A stretch of DNA of 64,000 bases. Source: Iphione sp. A-MEVVRFRX5. Its lineage: Eukaryota. Positions within the stretch are counted from its first letter, which is position 1, and each line of letters starts with the position of its first letter. Where the stretch lies: the NCBI GenBank assembly GCA_976226885.1, contig OZ320315.1:97092001-97156000 (forward strand), given 5' to 3'. The translations under genes and the position numbers were made by a program. The notes under the pieces were generated by a model. The model ran no database searches. It was not told the origin of the DNA and saw nothing but the letters and a program-made list of their open reading frames with translations. Below are positions 24,422 through 35,399 of the stretch, one piece after another.

Positions 24422-24895
24422 CTAAGTGGCTAAGTCAGTGTTGAATTCTGCTCGGATATTTTCAAGAATTTTTCCCATTTTGTTTTTACCCTTGAATTTG
24501 TCTCCACAGATTAATTTCGAGGTAATGGACGCTCCCGCCCCCCAGTACATGTCATTAGTTGCCTCCACAATTTTTTTCTGGCCTGTTGCTAACAGAATTT
24601 CCAGTAGTTTCTGATTAGCCTCAAATTTTGCCCTCACTAACTCTGTCATAATCGAGTCTTTTTCTGCAGTCCAAACGTCGTTTTCTTTGATTTGTTTTTG
24701 TAGGACATTTACTGCATCATTATTGTCTGCAAGTTGAATTTCCCTGGCTAGATCCCCTTTTCCACATATGTCGGCTTTAACTGCACAATAGGCTTGTTTC
24801 ACTGAGAAATATTCAACATCCTTCCAGTCAAATTTACTAATATACAAGTTCGAGAATGGAGCATGTTCAGAAGAGAATAATATCTTACCATTGTC
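24422..24895 (-). pseudogene. NADAR domain (C-terminal end of a 5'-truncated ORF1)
   Basis: ILFSSEHAPFSNLY, YFSVKQAYCAVKA, MTELVRAKFEANQKLLEILLATG, IVEATNDMYWGAG, FKGKNKMGKILENIRAEF. Confidence 0.9.
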
Positions 24896-26229
24896 CTCAA
24901 ACTGAGAACAACTTGTTAAATCAAGTCCTACTGTCTATAGCAGATGGTAGGATTTGTTCATCTCAAACCTGCTCTGAATAATCAGTTCTTTTCATTTATC
25001 AATTTTCTAGTGCCTTTGGATATCCAAATGCATTCTGTGTTGTACGTTTTTGAATGCTTTAGTGGCTTTAGTTTATGGCATTTTCTAGAGTTCCCGCTAA
25101 GAAGTTCCATAGATAGTCTGGGTCTTTTGCTTTGTGATATCGAGACCAGTCAGATTGTGATATGACATTCATTAAGTTAATGTCATGATTCTTGTTCCAG
25201 GGTCTATACAGTATCGGAGAGATCATAGTTGCCTTTGATTCTATCTGAATTATTAATTTAACACTGTAATGATCACTTATAAAAGTTTTCTTAATCTTTG
25301 GGGTTACCTGTAGTAAGCTACTTACAAGTGCCAGGTCTAGACAGCTACTCGTTGTTTTTATTTAATGCATCTATGTTGTAGTCACCAATTAGTATAGCAT
25401 TGGTGGTGGTATTTGTTATATGGTCTAGGTGAGAGTCAGTTATTTCCAGAAAGTCATTCGGGTGTTTACGAGGCGGACGGTAAACTACTCCTATGCTAAA
25501 CTGTCTTTTCGATACAGTAATTAGAATAACCCAAAGTATTTCAATAGTAATGTTACAGATTGATAAATTACTATAGGTGTGATTGTCTATATCTAAGTTT
25601 GCCTTTGTATACATCATGATTCCTCCTCCATTTCCATATGCTCTATCTAACCGAGTGACATTATATCCTGGAATGTTGACACATGCGTTCGGGATAGTAT
25701 TGGTTAGCCATGTCTCAGTAATGGCAGCCACGTCTGTATTTGTTTCTTTAAGTAGTAGTTCAAGTTCATTAATCTTATTCTTTATGCTCCTGATGTTTAG
25801 ATGGAGAACATTCAGTTATTTTCTATTTTGTTCATAGAATGAGTCTAGTGATTCGAGGACCAGATTGGAATGTGATAATGAAAAAAAGCCTTATATGTTA
25901 TATACGTATGTAGTGGTGGACCGGGGGAGACATTTACCAATAAAATACTATTCAACCAGGTCTCACATCGAGGCCAGTGGTGGTCATGAGCAGATTTTAA
26001 TAACACAGATTTAAAGTACATAAACAATATTTACATAAATAACTTATCGTAGACATTTAAATGAATAAATGGCAGAATGCAGTGACCAGAGTCGGCATTA
26101 ATGGTAGTAGTCATCATCTTATTTACATAAGTGGGGGACGATGAAGTCGAGCTAGAGGCACAAAGGGTCTCATAAGGTGAGGCCTGCATGGTGCAAACAC
26201 AAGGTGATCGTACCGTGATTGGGAAAGAG

Positions 26230-26913
26230 TCACTCATGAAGCTTCCCCAAGAATTTTACCGTTTTGTTCACCATTTCCAGTCGTCCTTGTCTGTCGAGGT
26301 GACAACCATCCACTAGAAGTTGATGTTGGTTGGTGTCCCTGCCGTTCGACCTGCCATGAATTATACTGCCGATGTGGAGTGTTGGTAGGCCATGGGACCG
26401 GTTGAATACCCGAATGCCGTTGTTCACCTCATGCATCGCGTCATTCAATGCGTGTTGTACAGCATTCCTCGATTTCCCTGAAACAATTTCTCCGCGTAGA
26501 TGACTGTTATACTTTTGTATATCAGGACAAAAGAATTCGGAGAAAACAACAAAAGTGCGGGGAAGATGTTTGGTTATTCTAGTGTAACTGGTTTGAAACA
26601 AAAGCGATAGTCTGAGCGGCACATTGGAGATATCCTCGTCAGGTAGGTAGATTTGTCTGCAGAACCATCCCTTGGCTACCTCACAATTTTTGTTCATTGC
26701 TGTAACATCATTAGTGCCTGCCAGCAAAACAATGTAAGATGGTATGCAATTGAACTCGTAATGAATTACCCTGCGAGTCAGATCTCAAATTTCGATGCCG
26801 GGGTAGGCGCTAACCGTCACCGAGATACCCTGATCCCTCAACTCTTGCTCCATGTTCCTCCCATGTGAGTCCGTAAAGAAGTAAACTGACTCCGGACACC
26901 ACGGGGAATTCAT
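26230..26913 (-). pseudogene. SGNH esterase (family E), one internal stop
   Basis: MNSPWCPESVYFFTDSHGR, AYPGI, LLAGTND, LLVDGCHL; ORF track covers 26230..26727. Confidence 0.88.
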
Positions 26914-27114
26914 AGTATGCGTATGTGGCTAGAGCTTTGTGGCGAGTAAACTGGTGGTCTCTTTGGTGAGGCCCGACTCAGTTTGTCTCGCGGTGTGTGT
27001 TGGTTGGGTGTAATGTGTCGCTAGAGTGTCATACTGTGCTGGTATGGTGTTTGGTTGTGCTTTTGTGTTTAGGTGTCGTCTCGGTTTTCTAACCGGGCAT
27101 GTCGCTACAGTAGG

Positions 27115-27200
27115 TACTGAGTTACTCCCTCTAATTTCTGTTCTGACGTTAGAGAGTATTTCACCCACCCAGTTTGTGGCCGGCCTCGACAGGTGACATT
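27115..27200 (-). pseudogene. NADAR C-terminal remnant
   Basis: NWVGEILSNVRTEI matches the terminal GxNxxGxxLxxVRxEL helix of the other NADAR copies, and lies directly upstream of the SGNH ORF as in other units. Confidence 0.6.
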
Positions 27201-27214
27201 GCTCCAAGCTTGCC

Positions 27215-27630
27215 TTGCCAAACACGACGCGCTCGTAGGTCATCGCGTTGTCGCTGCTGGTCATCTCGTTTCACCATCTTTTGCTTTCTCACTCAGGTGT
27301 GGGCCGCATGCTGGCACTCACGATTACCGATGCCATACCAGCATACGGCACACTTGTGGTGAAAGGTCATGCCTGCATTGTCCTGCTGATCATGTTGCTG
27401 AATTATACCACTGGGACAGCTGTTGTCTTTGCTCATAGGACAAGGTGCCCCTAACAACCAAGAGGCGCATGTGTAGAGCCTGGATCTTTGTGGCGTCCTT
27501 CCACCTAAATGCCCCTCTCTATACGTTCGCCTACAAACATAGACTACTTACGAACATTAGACCACCTCGTCACAGCTGCATCCTCACAGCTATTCTTGAT
27601 AGCATATAGCTCCTCTGCCATACGCTCTCC
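27215..27630 (-). pseudogene. Ngaro-type gag fragment (Cys/His cluster)
   Basis: Nucleotide sequence is visibly a close paralog of ~3150-3520; even the antisense shadow ORFs 27193..27438 and 3146..3367 match. Confidence 0.8.
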
Positions 27631-29700
27631 CTCATGTGTTGGACCTGCACCTTCCATGGTCGAGCCTGAAGCCTAGCAATTTAGGATTCAGGTCAAGTTT
27701 TAATTCTTTCCATTTAAATACAGGTCTAAATCATGTCTTCCCTCCCTTACCAAAGAAAGCAGGTGTTGTTTTGTTCTCATTTATTCTAATTCTTATGCCC
27801 TTACCCTTACAAAATCCGTGTGGCTTCTTCGACATCTGGTTGGCATCGTTTAGCATCCTTACCAATTGGTTGTAGAGCAGTCTTGCCTATAACTGGTAAT
27901 ATGGCAACCAGTCTATAGTTTTTCTTCTCATACCTTGACCCCCCTCTGGGATTTGTGCTTGGACAATACCCTTTTGCGTCTTTACAGTTTGCGAACTTCT
28001 TTGCCCAATATTGAGACTTTGCATTATTTACCAGCCTTCTCACTAAGTCTTTATAGAAGCTCGCTAACCTATAATCGTCCAGGTTACGATCTTTCATGTT
28101 CCTAATGTTCTCTAGTATCTCCCTGGTCATCCAAGGGCGGCCCTTTTTTTGTGATTTCTACTTCATAGGACACAGAGCCTCACATGCTTTCCTGATAGAA
28201 TCCTCTATATTGTCTCAGGTTACCCCTGCAGAATCAGGCAATTCTGTTTTTGCAAGGTTGAGATGAGACAAATGATCCCGAAGATCAATTGGATTATAGT
28301 GTTTCCAGCACATGTTGATGTCATTCTCTTCACCCCCCCCCCCTTTTTATCTTTCTCTTGCCCAGCAGACTAGTATGTATCGGCAAGTGGTCACTAATGT
28401 AAATATCCAGTATACCCCCACTAATATCCTAAGGACATTAGTGAAAATTATATCTAGAATTGATTTAGATGTTTTATGTATGTAAGTTGGAGACTAGATC
28501 AGCTGCCTAGTTCCAAATTGTCCCATTATATTTTCCCTATCCCAGTTTATATTGAAATCATCCCCTACTAACAGGTGCATCCTGTTTAGCTTCCTAATGC
28601 TTCTTAATCTCTCAAATATGTTTTCGAGGAACCTAAAAAAATCACCATCCGGTGGCCGATAGATCATGACCAATACTAGGGGTTTCTGGTTTAGTCTAAT
28701 TATTTTCAACCAAAGACTCTCGTATGTCTGTAAGTGGGGTTGGGCATGTGATTTCCTCTACCACAACTGTGTCCATGACATAGACCAAAATCCCCCCCTA
28801 CCCTTTTTTAAGGAGCTGCTCTTACCTTGCCTAAAAGTGTTACACCCATCCCTCGACAAGATATTATTGTTGTTAGCATTCAGCCAGCTCTCAGTTATCG
28901 AGACTATTAACGGGCTACCCTTAAAAAGCCCGTCGATATCCAGGGTTACTCTAAACTATCGGCATTCCAGAAAATCACTGTTTTCTGATCTGGGCATAGA
29001 TGTATCTTTACTTTAGAGCAGTATATGTAGTGAGATAACAGCATCGTTCCCCCCTCCCCTTAAAGAAAGAAATCATATCTTAACTCTAGTTTCTCTGCAT
29101 TCTTAACAAGAGCTAACCGCAGCTGACTTGTCCACTCCCGGGAAACCTCTGGTGACAACCATCATTCTTCTTCTTACCATGCTTTGTCATATGTACTGGG
29201 CTCCACATACTCCTAGTGAAACAATTGTCGCTTATTGAAGTCTAGCATAATTTCTTCACTTTCCGGATGATCTGCATTTATTGTGTGTATGACTCTACGC
29301 TAAACGTCTGGGGGCTGTATCTCTCAAGGCTCAACCGAACTATGGGGCAAAGAACTATCATGACACCCAACCTTTTTGTTTTGTGCCCTTTTTTCGTAAT
29401 GTCGCAAATGCCCATACATATATAAACTGAATCCTCTCAAGTACCGCAACACTATCTGCTATGTCAGGCTAGGGATAACAATGTTGGTTCTTATCTGTTG
29501 AAATGTCAGTTCCTCCCGACTTTCAGCCAGTCCCCGTCCTCGCGAATCAGCCAAGATCAATGCTTTGTTCCATTTTTTTGCATCTGAAATGTATTTGTTA
29601 TTATATGATAAAAATTTGTGGATAATAATTGCGTAAAAGGCAAGCCAATTTTCTTCTAATTTGATAGAAAAAGATCCTGCCATCTCATTGAAATGCCTTA
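27630..29700 (-). mobile_element. Degraded LINE: SGNH remnant, APE and tether fragments
   Basis: APE VMIYRPPDG...VGDDFN (28494..28709); tether/RT0 NNAKSQYW, NYRLVAILPVIGK (27807..28130). Confidence 0.75.
29130..29570 (-). pseudogene. SGNH esterase remnant
   Basis: KALILADSRGRGL (29459..29683), GICDIT and NDGCH in shifted frames (my translation). Confidence 0.7.
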
Positions 29701-30129
29701 GGACTTTGTCCTATCTCGACATACGTCACACACAGACCAGTATTAGTAAGTCCAACATTTGTTCTTTCAATGGCAGCCCTGGAGGAGATGAAATGCCATT
29801 AGGGGAAGGTGTGACTTGTGATCAGTCTTGTTCATTTGGCTGGCTTGGTCCATCCACTTGGCTAGGTCCCGCTCAAGCCCCCGGTACAGGCCCTGTGTTG
29901 TCGGCCTGGGGCAGCTCCCGCCACTAGGTACACCCAGCTGTCTGGGCAGTATTGGCGTTCTTGGTGCATTCCGGCCACTGTCATGGTTCCCCGTCTTTTT
30001 TCCAGGCCCGGTGTTCTTACTATCGTCTCCTGGGGTGATTTGTTAGTTTCCTTTCCACGTCTAGTGTTTCTGGTTAACATTTTACATGCTCCAAGTATTT
30101 TTTCTGTACTTTTTTGATCGGGAGAGCCG

Positions 30130-30715
30130 CTGTGCTATTTCAAACATGTCCTGCTCTGGCCATAGTCGTAAATAATTACCCAATGCGTAGACATACTCAG
30201 TAAGTTTAAGAGAGTCAGGGGTTGGCTGGTCCTTGATAAACTGCATTACGTCAGAAGGGACTGATATAAACGGCCTGCAGTAACGAACGAATGACCTCTT
30301 GATAGGCTCAAAAAATGACTTACGGGCCGAATGTTCCTCTGTCTGCTCGCTGTCAGTATCAGTGTTGACAGTATGGCGCTGCCGTCCACGTGCTGAGGTG
30401 CACGGTCCTCGGGCTGGACGAAGGTGAATTGCGAAGAGGCCCTATAACATAGCTATGAACCCTCTGACTCTTCTTCTTATGGTGTTTCTTAGGCCTTGTC
30501 AATTGTTTGCGCAGGTCTTCCATCCAGCCAAGACGGGCCACAAGGTCTCCCATCGAATGCAGCATTGGGGACCTTGTAACTGTGAATGAACGAAGTGTGA
30601 GATGAGTTGATCCGATAATTCCGACATCTCAGACACAAAATATCGAAGAGAGCTTATATACCCAGTTGTTGACACCGCTGAGTGCATAATGACCTGGCGT
30701 GATGCACACAACATG
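30130..30715 (-). pseudogene. Ngaro-type gag fragment
   Basis: LVARLGWMEDLRKQLTRPKKHHKKKSQRVHSYV matches 3924..4265; nucleotide similarity to ~3650-4140. Confidence 0.8.
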
Positions 30716-30759
30716 AAGACTCATTTTCCCTGTAGTAGGGCATTGTATTCGTCGTCTAG

Positions 30760-31643
30760 AAAGTAGAATTGTGTTGTAATGAGATGTTGTGAACTAGGAT
30801 TTTGTGCAGGGCTGATTGTGACGCCCAGCTGAGCACATCAGCGAGTGTCATCTTCCAGGGCGGTGTTGCCGGGACATGAATGACTTGCATGTTTCCAAAT
30901 GAAACGCAACTCTCGCAAAGGTAGCCATGACGTGATCGCAGACCCTCGCACTGGTTAGGACATCGATGGTTGCTGAGTTGTCGCAGACGATCCGCACAAA
31001 GGCGCCCCCTGCGGTCTCGTCGACAAATGTTCTCACAGCCGCTAGGCAGTTTACGGCCTCAAGCTGGGAGGTATGGTGGTGGGAAGACACATCGGGCCAT
31101 GGGAAGCTGGCGTGGGTGTGGTCGTGGGAGCATTCTCTGGTGAGGGATGCGTTGCCATCAACAGTGATTGCTGGTTCATCCGGAGGGAAAACTGTGCGGA
31201 GAGGTCCCGCAGCCAGTATAGGGCGGTGTGGGACTCATCAGTGACTGGGTAAAGAGGTCCCCCAGTCCTAAGGGTGTCAAGGATGCGAGCCATAAAGGGG
31301 CGGGCTGCAGGGATTGCCTTTGCCATATGGTTTACCTTCCCCACGATGCTTTGAATCTGTTTTTTGGATGCTGGATAGTCTGGTGGAAAATCGCCTGGTA
31401 CTCCGACACCTTCTTCTCCGGTATGGTGAGGGTAGCATATAGTACGTCAATAGTGATGCCCAACCAGTTGAAGGCTGTGCTGGGACCTTGTAGGTTTGGG
31501 ATGGCCACCATGAGGCCCAGGGCCTGGAAGGTGCTGATTGCGATGTCAATGTTACCCTTTGGCTGTTCTTGGTTCTTGGCGCAGCTGTGCCAGTAGGTAA
31601 CGGGGCTCTTTGGATGACCATCGAACTCGTAGCATGTGCCCAC
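30760..31643 (-). pseudogene. Ngaro-type RT C-terminus + RNase H fragment
   Basis: GPSTAFNWLGITID...LTIPEKK; MGKVNHMAKAIPAARPFMARILDTLR; QLEAVNCLAAVRTF...IVCDNSATIDVL (DIRS-type RNase H); ADVLS near 30825. Confidence 0.88.
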
Positions 31644-31699
31644 ACAACGGGGGCGTTTCTGGTCTTCTTTTCATGACAGACAATCTGTTCCTGGGTCAT

Positions 31700-34000
31700 T
31701 GAATCTGTTTTTTCTAACTCACATATTTTACCTGGTGATCCATTGATACCAGGATTTTACTACATCAAGATTGTCATTTTACTAATGTCTATGTACATGC
31801 TAAGTATGCTTCCGTCTTTGATCATCTGGTACTTTATGTACAGTTGTTCGTGATGGAGCGTTATGGTATAATAGGTACTTCTCAGTCTAAAAGGTAAAAT
31901 GTTATGCTGCTTTATTAATGTGTCACTGCCTTTACGAGTTGTTGTGGCTGGTCAAAACATTAAATTGAACCAATGCCATATTTCAAATTGGGAATTAGGT
32001 ACGATTTGAGATCACCAAGTGTAGCTACATCGAGGAGTAGGTTTAATTGCTTGTATGATTTGCTCAGTTTACTCTGTAATTTTAGCGAATGTTTAGGTGA
32101 GAGCCAAGGGTGAAGCCCACCTATTTATATTTGGGTACCCGATTTTTACTTTCAAGGCCGTATTTCTGAATTTACTGTGGTTACTTGTAAATAACATTGT
32201 TTCTGTCTTACTGTAGCTGATTTTGATACCATTTGCCTTGCACTATTCATCTAGCTTTATGATTTCAGTCTTCAATTTCCTACGTACATCCTGCATACAT
32301 TTGCCCCCAAAGATGAGATAAGAAACAATTTTATTCATCATCCAACGTTTGCCTAGATAAGGCGGTGCTAAGGTTATGGATGGTACATTAACTAATATAT
32401 AGTGTGATGTCATACAGATACAAGGACCAGAATGTTGTTACATAAGTCAATAATAATCGAAAGTCTCTCTAATCAAAACAATGTCTGTAGTGAATTATTG
32501 TATGAATCTGGATAATTGTGTGAATTGACTGGTATTGCTACTACTCCTCAGAATTATGTCCAGACTATTCCAGTCTTTTATACTGTTGTAATGAACAGAT
32601 TTTCATACTAATTCTGACCTCAGGGTTGGCAGATATAGCAGATCTGCATCATGCTGTCTGGTTGCTTGTTTATTTTGCTTTGGTAGTAAGTTTAACAGAT
32701 ACAGATTGTGAACAGTGTTCACTGAGAACCATCACCTTCTTTGATAGGTATTCACTATATCAAACTTGATATGAAGCATTTTGCTAGATGGCATTGACTT
32801 GTTGGTATTGTACAACCTTGTTCTACTGTGGGCTAGTGCTAGAGCACGATCTTGCAGTTTTTGCAACTTGTCCAACTCTTTCTTGTTGCAGCAGTTCATT
32901 AGCACTGTTGAGCAATCAACCTGGGGCTGGATGAATGCTTTGATCAGTCTGATAATATCTATTGCACTAAAATACATTCTTAATCTATATAGCATGCTTA
33001 ACTTCTGTGAGACCATATTTATTACCTTTTTGGCTTCTAACTCAAATTTCATGCTGCTATCAAAGATCACACCAAGGTATGTATATTGATTTACATGTTC
33101 CACCTCGTCATCGCCAATCTTAATGCTAGTGCATATTGTGTCTTTACTTGGGTAAATGGGCAATACTTTTGTTTTACTGATGTTCATGTTTGCTTCTCCA
33201 AGTTGACCGTGTTAGATTCACTGCATATTATAAGAGTGTCATCAGCAAATAATGTTGTATCTCCATTTATGTTGCTTGGCAAGTCATTTATATAGGGAGA
33301 AAAGGAGTGGTCCGAGGGTCAAGCCCTGAGGAACACCTATTCCTACCTCCTTTACAGAGGACACTAATTTGTTGACAAGACAATATTGCTGCCAATGGCT
33401 GAGGTAGTCTTGGAACCATTTCATTGATTTCTGATCAAAATGAAAGCCTTTTCCACTTTTCTGAGGAGCAGGTGATGATCTACTGTATCGAAGGCTTTTT
33501 TAAAGCCTATAAATATTGCATTAGTAAAAAGTCCATTGTTCAAGCCAGCATACAGTTTGTTGGCCACACTGAAGATGGCATCACGAGTACCTCTGACCTT
33601 TCTAAACCCAAACTGCTCAGATGCTAGTAGATTGTTGTCCTCAAGGGATGAGTAAATTTTGTTAAATACTGTTTTTTCCAAGATTTTTGCTGGTGCAGGC
33701 AGCAGCGAGATCGGCCTATAGTTGTCAGTTGACAGAGTCACTCTTTAAAAAGTGGGATCACTTTGGCAATCTTCCATCGACTTGGAAAGGAACCAGTCTG
33801 TAGATTGAATAAGTGTGTTAGTTGGTTAATACAGATGGATATACAGTGCCAGAAAGGTTGAGATAGGAACCAGATAGGAAATTTCTTCCTATCACTACAT
33901 TTAATGCTATTCATATTGATGTTGGCATCACCTAATACATAGATGCTGTTAATTCCTTTTAGTACAGTATCCAGTTCAGTTATGAATTCATTAACTAGAA
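31700..34000 (-). mobile_element. CR1/L2-group ORF2 fragments (at least two pieces)
   Basis: NYRPISLLPAPAKILE, QFGFR, FKKAFD (33421..33741); GVPQGLTLGP and LFADD (~33230-33340); YTYLGVIFD (32732..33187); a second post-YADD piece at ~32100-32420. Confidence 0.85.
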
Positions 34001-34112
34001 TAAACTTTATTAACCAATCTTTGTGATTAATACAAAGTTCTCCTGGTTAATATTGAACTACAAGTCGTGGGTAAAGTTAACATTGAAGAGATTGGTAAAC
34101 ACATATGACACC

Positions 34113-34220
34113 GGTACATTACAGCGGGACAAATGTACAATTACAACACAGATACAACAGGGAAGCACGGTTACAGTACATGGAGACAAGTATACAATTA
34201 CAACACAGATACAACAAGGA
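34113..34220. repeat. Two-copy ~57-bp tandem repeat
   Basis: tacaattacaacacagatacaaca at 34136-34159 and 34193-34216. Confidence 0.85.
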
Positions 34221-35399
34221 GGCAATACATAGATTAGCACGGGCACTGACAGGAGCACAAAATTATCGACAAATACACATATAATTACGTTAATTGAGCA
34301 CTGCACAGCACAAGCGATACCGACATAGACAATAGCAATTTTACTTGAAGGACATGCATGGACATGTGTTGCATGCAATAACAGTGAGCACCTTAGAGTT
34401 TCATACCACACGATAGAACAGCACATCTTAATATACAGCTGTACAGCATTCTTGCGAACCATACATCATAACGTTTGGAACAGTCAAACACACCCAGTTT
34501 GATCTAAGTCGGAGTGCACATGGAGATACATGTAGACATCATGCAGTCTGTACGGTCGAGACATTATATATACATATAACAGCAATCCTCAGGGTTGGAG
34601 TTATACTCCCCATACGAACACCACAGGTATTCATTTCATAGCTAGGGTCATGCCCAAATGCAGAAGGCTATTCAACACATTGTTGGTGCACAGATTGTGC
34701 ACTCCTGGGCTACACATGTTCAACCATGACACATTCATAATCACACCTATAGCCGACATTTCACATGCCAGATCACGTTCACATACAAATCTTCTTGTGT
34801 AGTTTTCGTTACGGTGCAATGATACTTCTAACCATTAGTAGAAACCGACTTCACATGCCTTTCCACTACACTGTTATTCACATACGCTCATGCAATATTA
34901 CGTATCAATTTGTTACATACATAGTGACGAGTTAGATGTGGTCAATAGTATCACAATCATACGCAGTCACACCAGAGCAGTCTCTACCTATAGTAAAACA
35001 GATGTTGCCGTTCATACTGCAGTTGTATGTGTGCTTGTATAGATAGTTTAACCATATTCCCCATTGCGATCTTCCTAATTCATGCGAATGTGGATATACA
35101 TGGCTCGTGAAAATGAACTTGTTTCCCCACAGATTTTGCCCATTTATTTACCCCTACTAGCCCCATCCTTCCTCGTGTTGAAGATTGCATCTTAACGCGT
35201 TACCATACATATCATCTGGCAACAGTGCAATGAGACCCCATCTTCTAATCACTTGAGTGTTACCATAACCAAGACTCACCCCATAGGCCCCAGTTTTACA
35301 GCTAACTAGTCAGTTAAAGAAATTCCCTTCATGTGCGTGTCGTACCTCCCTAGGTTTGGCACTACTAACACCAGTCACGGCTGCCGTGGAACTAGTGCA

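Larger units (their letters stand above)
19254..24930 (-). mobile_element. Near-complete CR1/L2-group LINE (unit D): NADAR end of ORF1, SGNH ORF, long spacer, APE-RT, 3'UTR, poly(A)
   Basis: Colinear ORFs; T12 at 19254-19265 and TTTATT at 19273-19278. Confidence 0.93.
24930..27210 (-). mobile_element. LINE family E copy 1: NADAR tail, SGNH ORF, partial APE/tether
   Basis: APE AITETWL, GGGIMMY, VYRPP, IGDYN (25345..25731); tether fragments to ~24940. Confidence 0.85.

Noticed and set aside
34058-34462. Cys/Val-rich 134-aa ORF as a membrane or metal-binding protein
   Set aside because: It is a read-through of a CA-rich tandem repeat in a presumed 3'UTR with biased composition.
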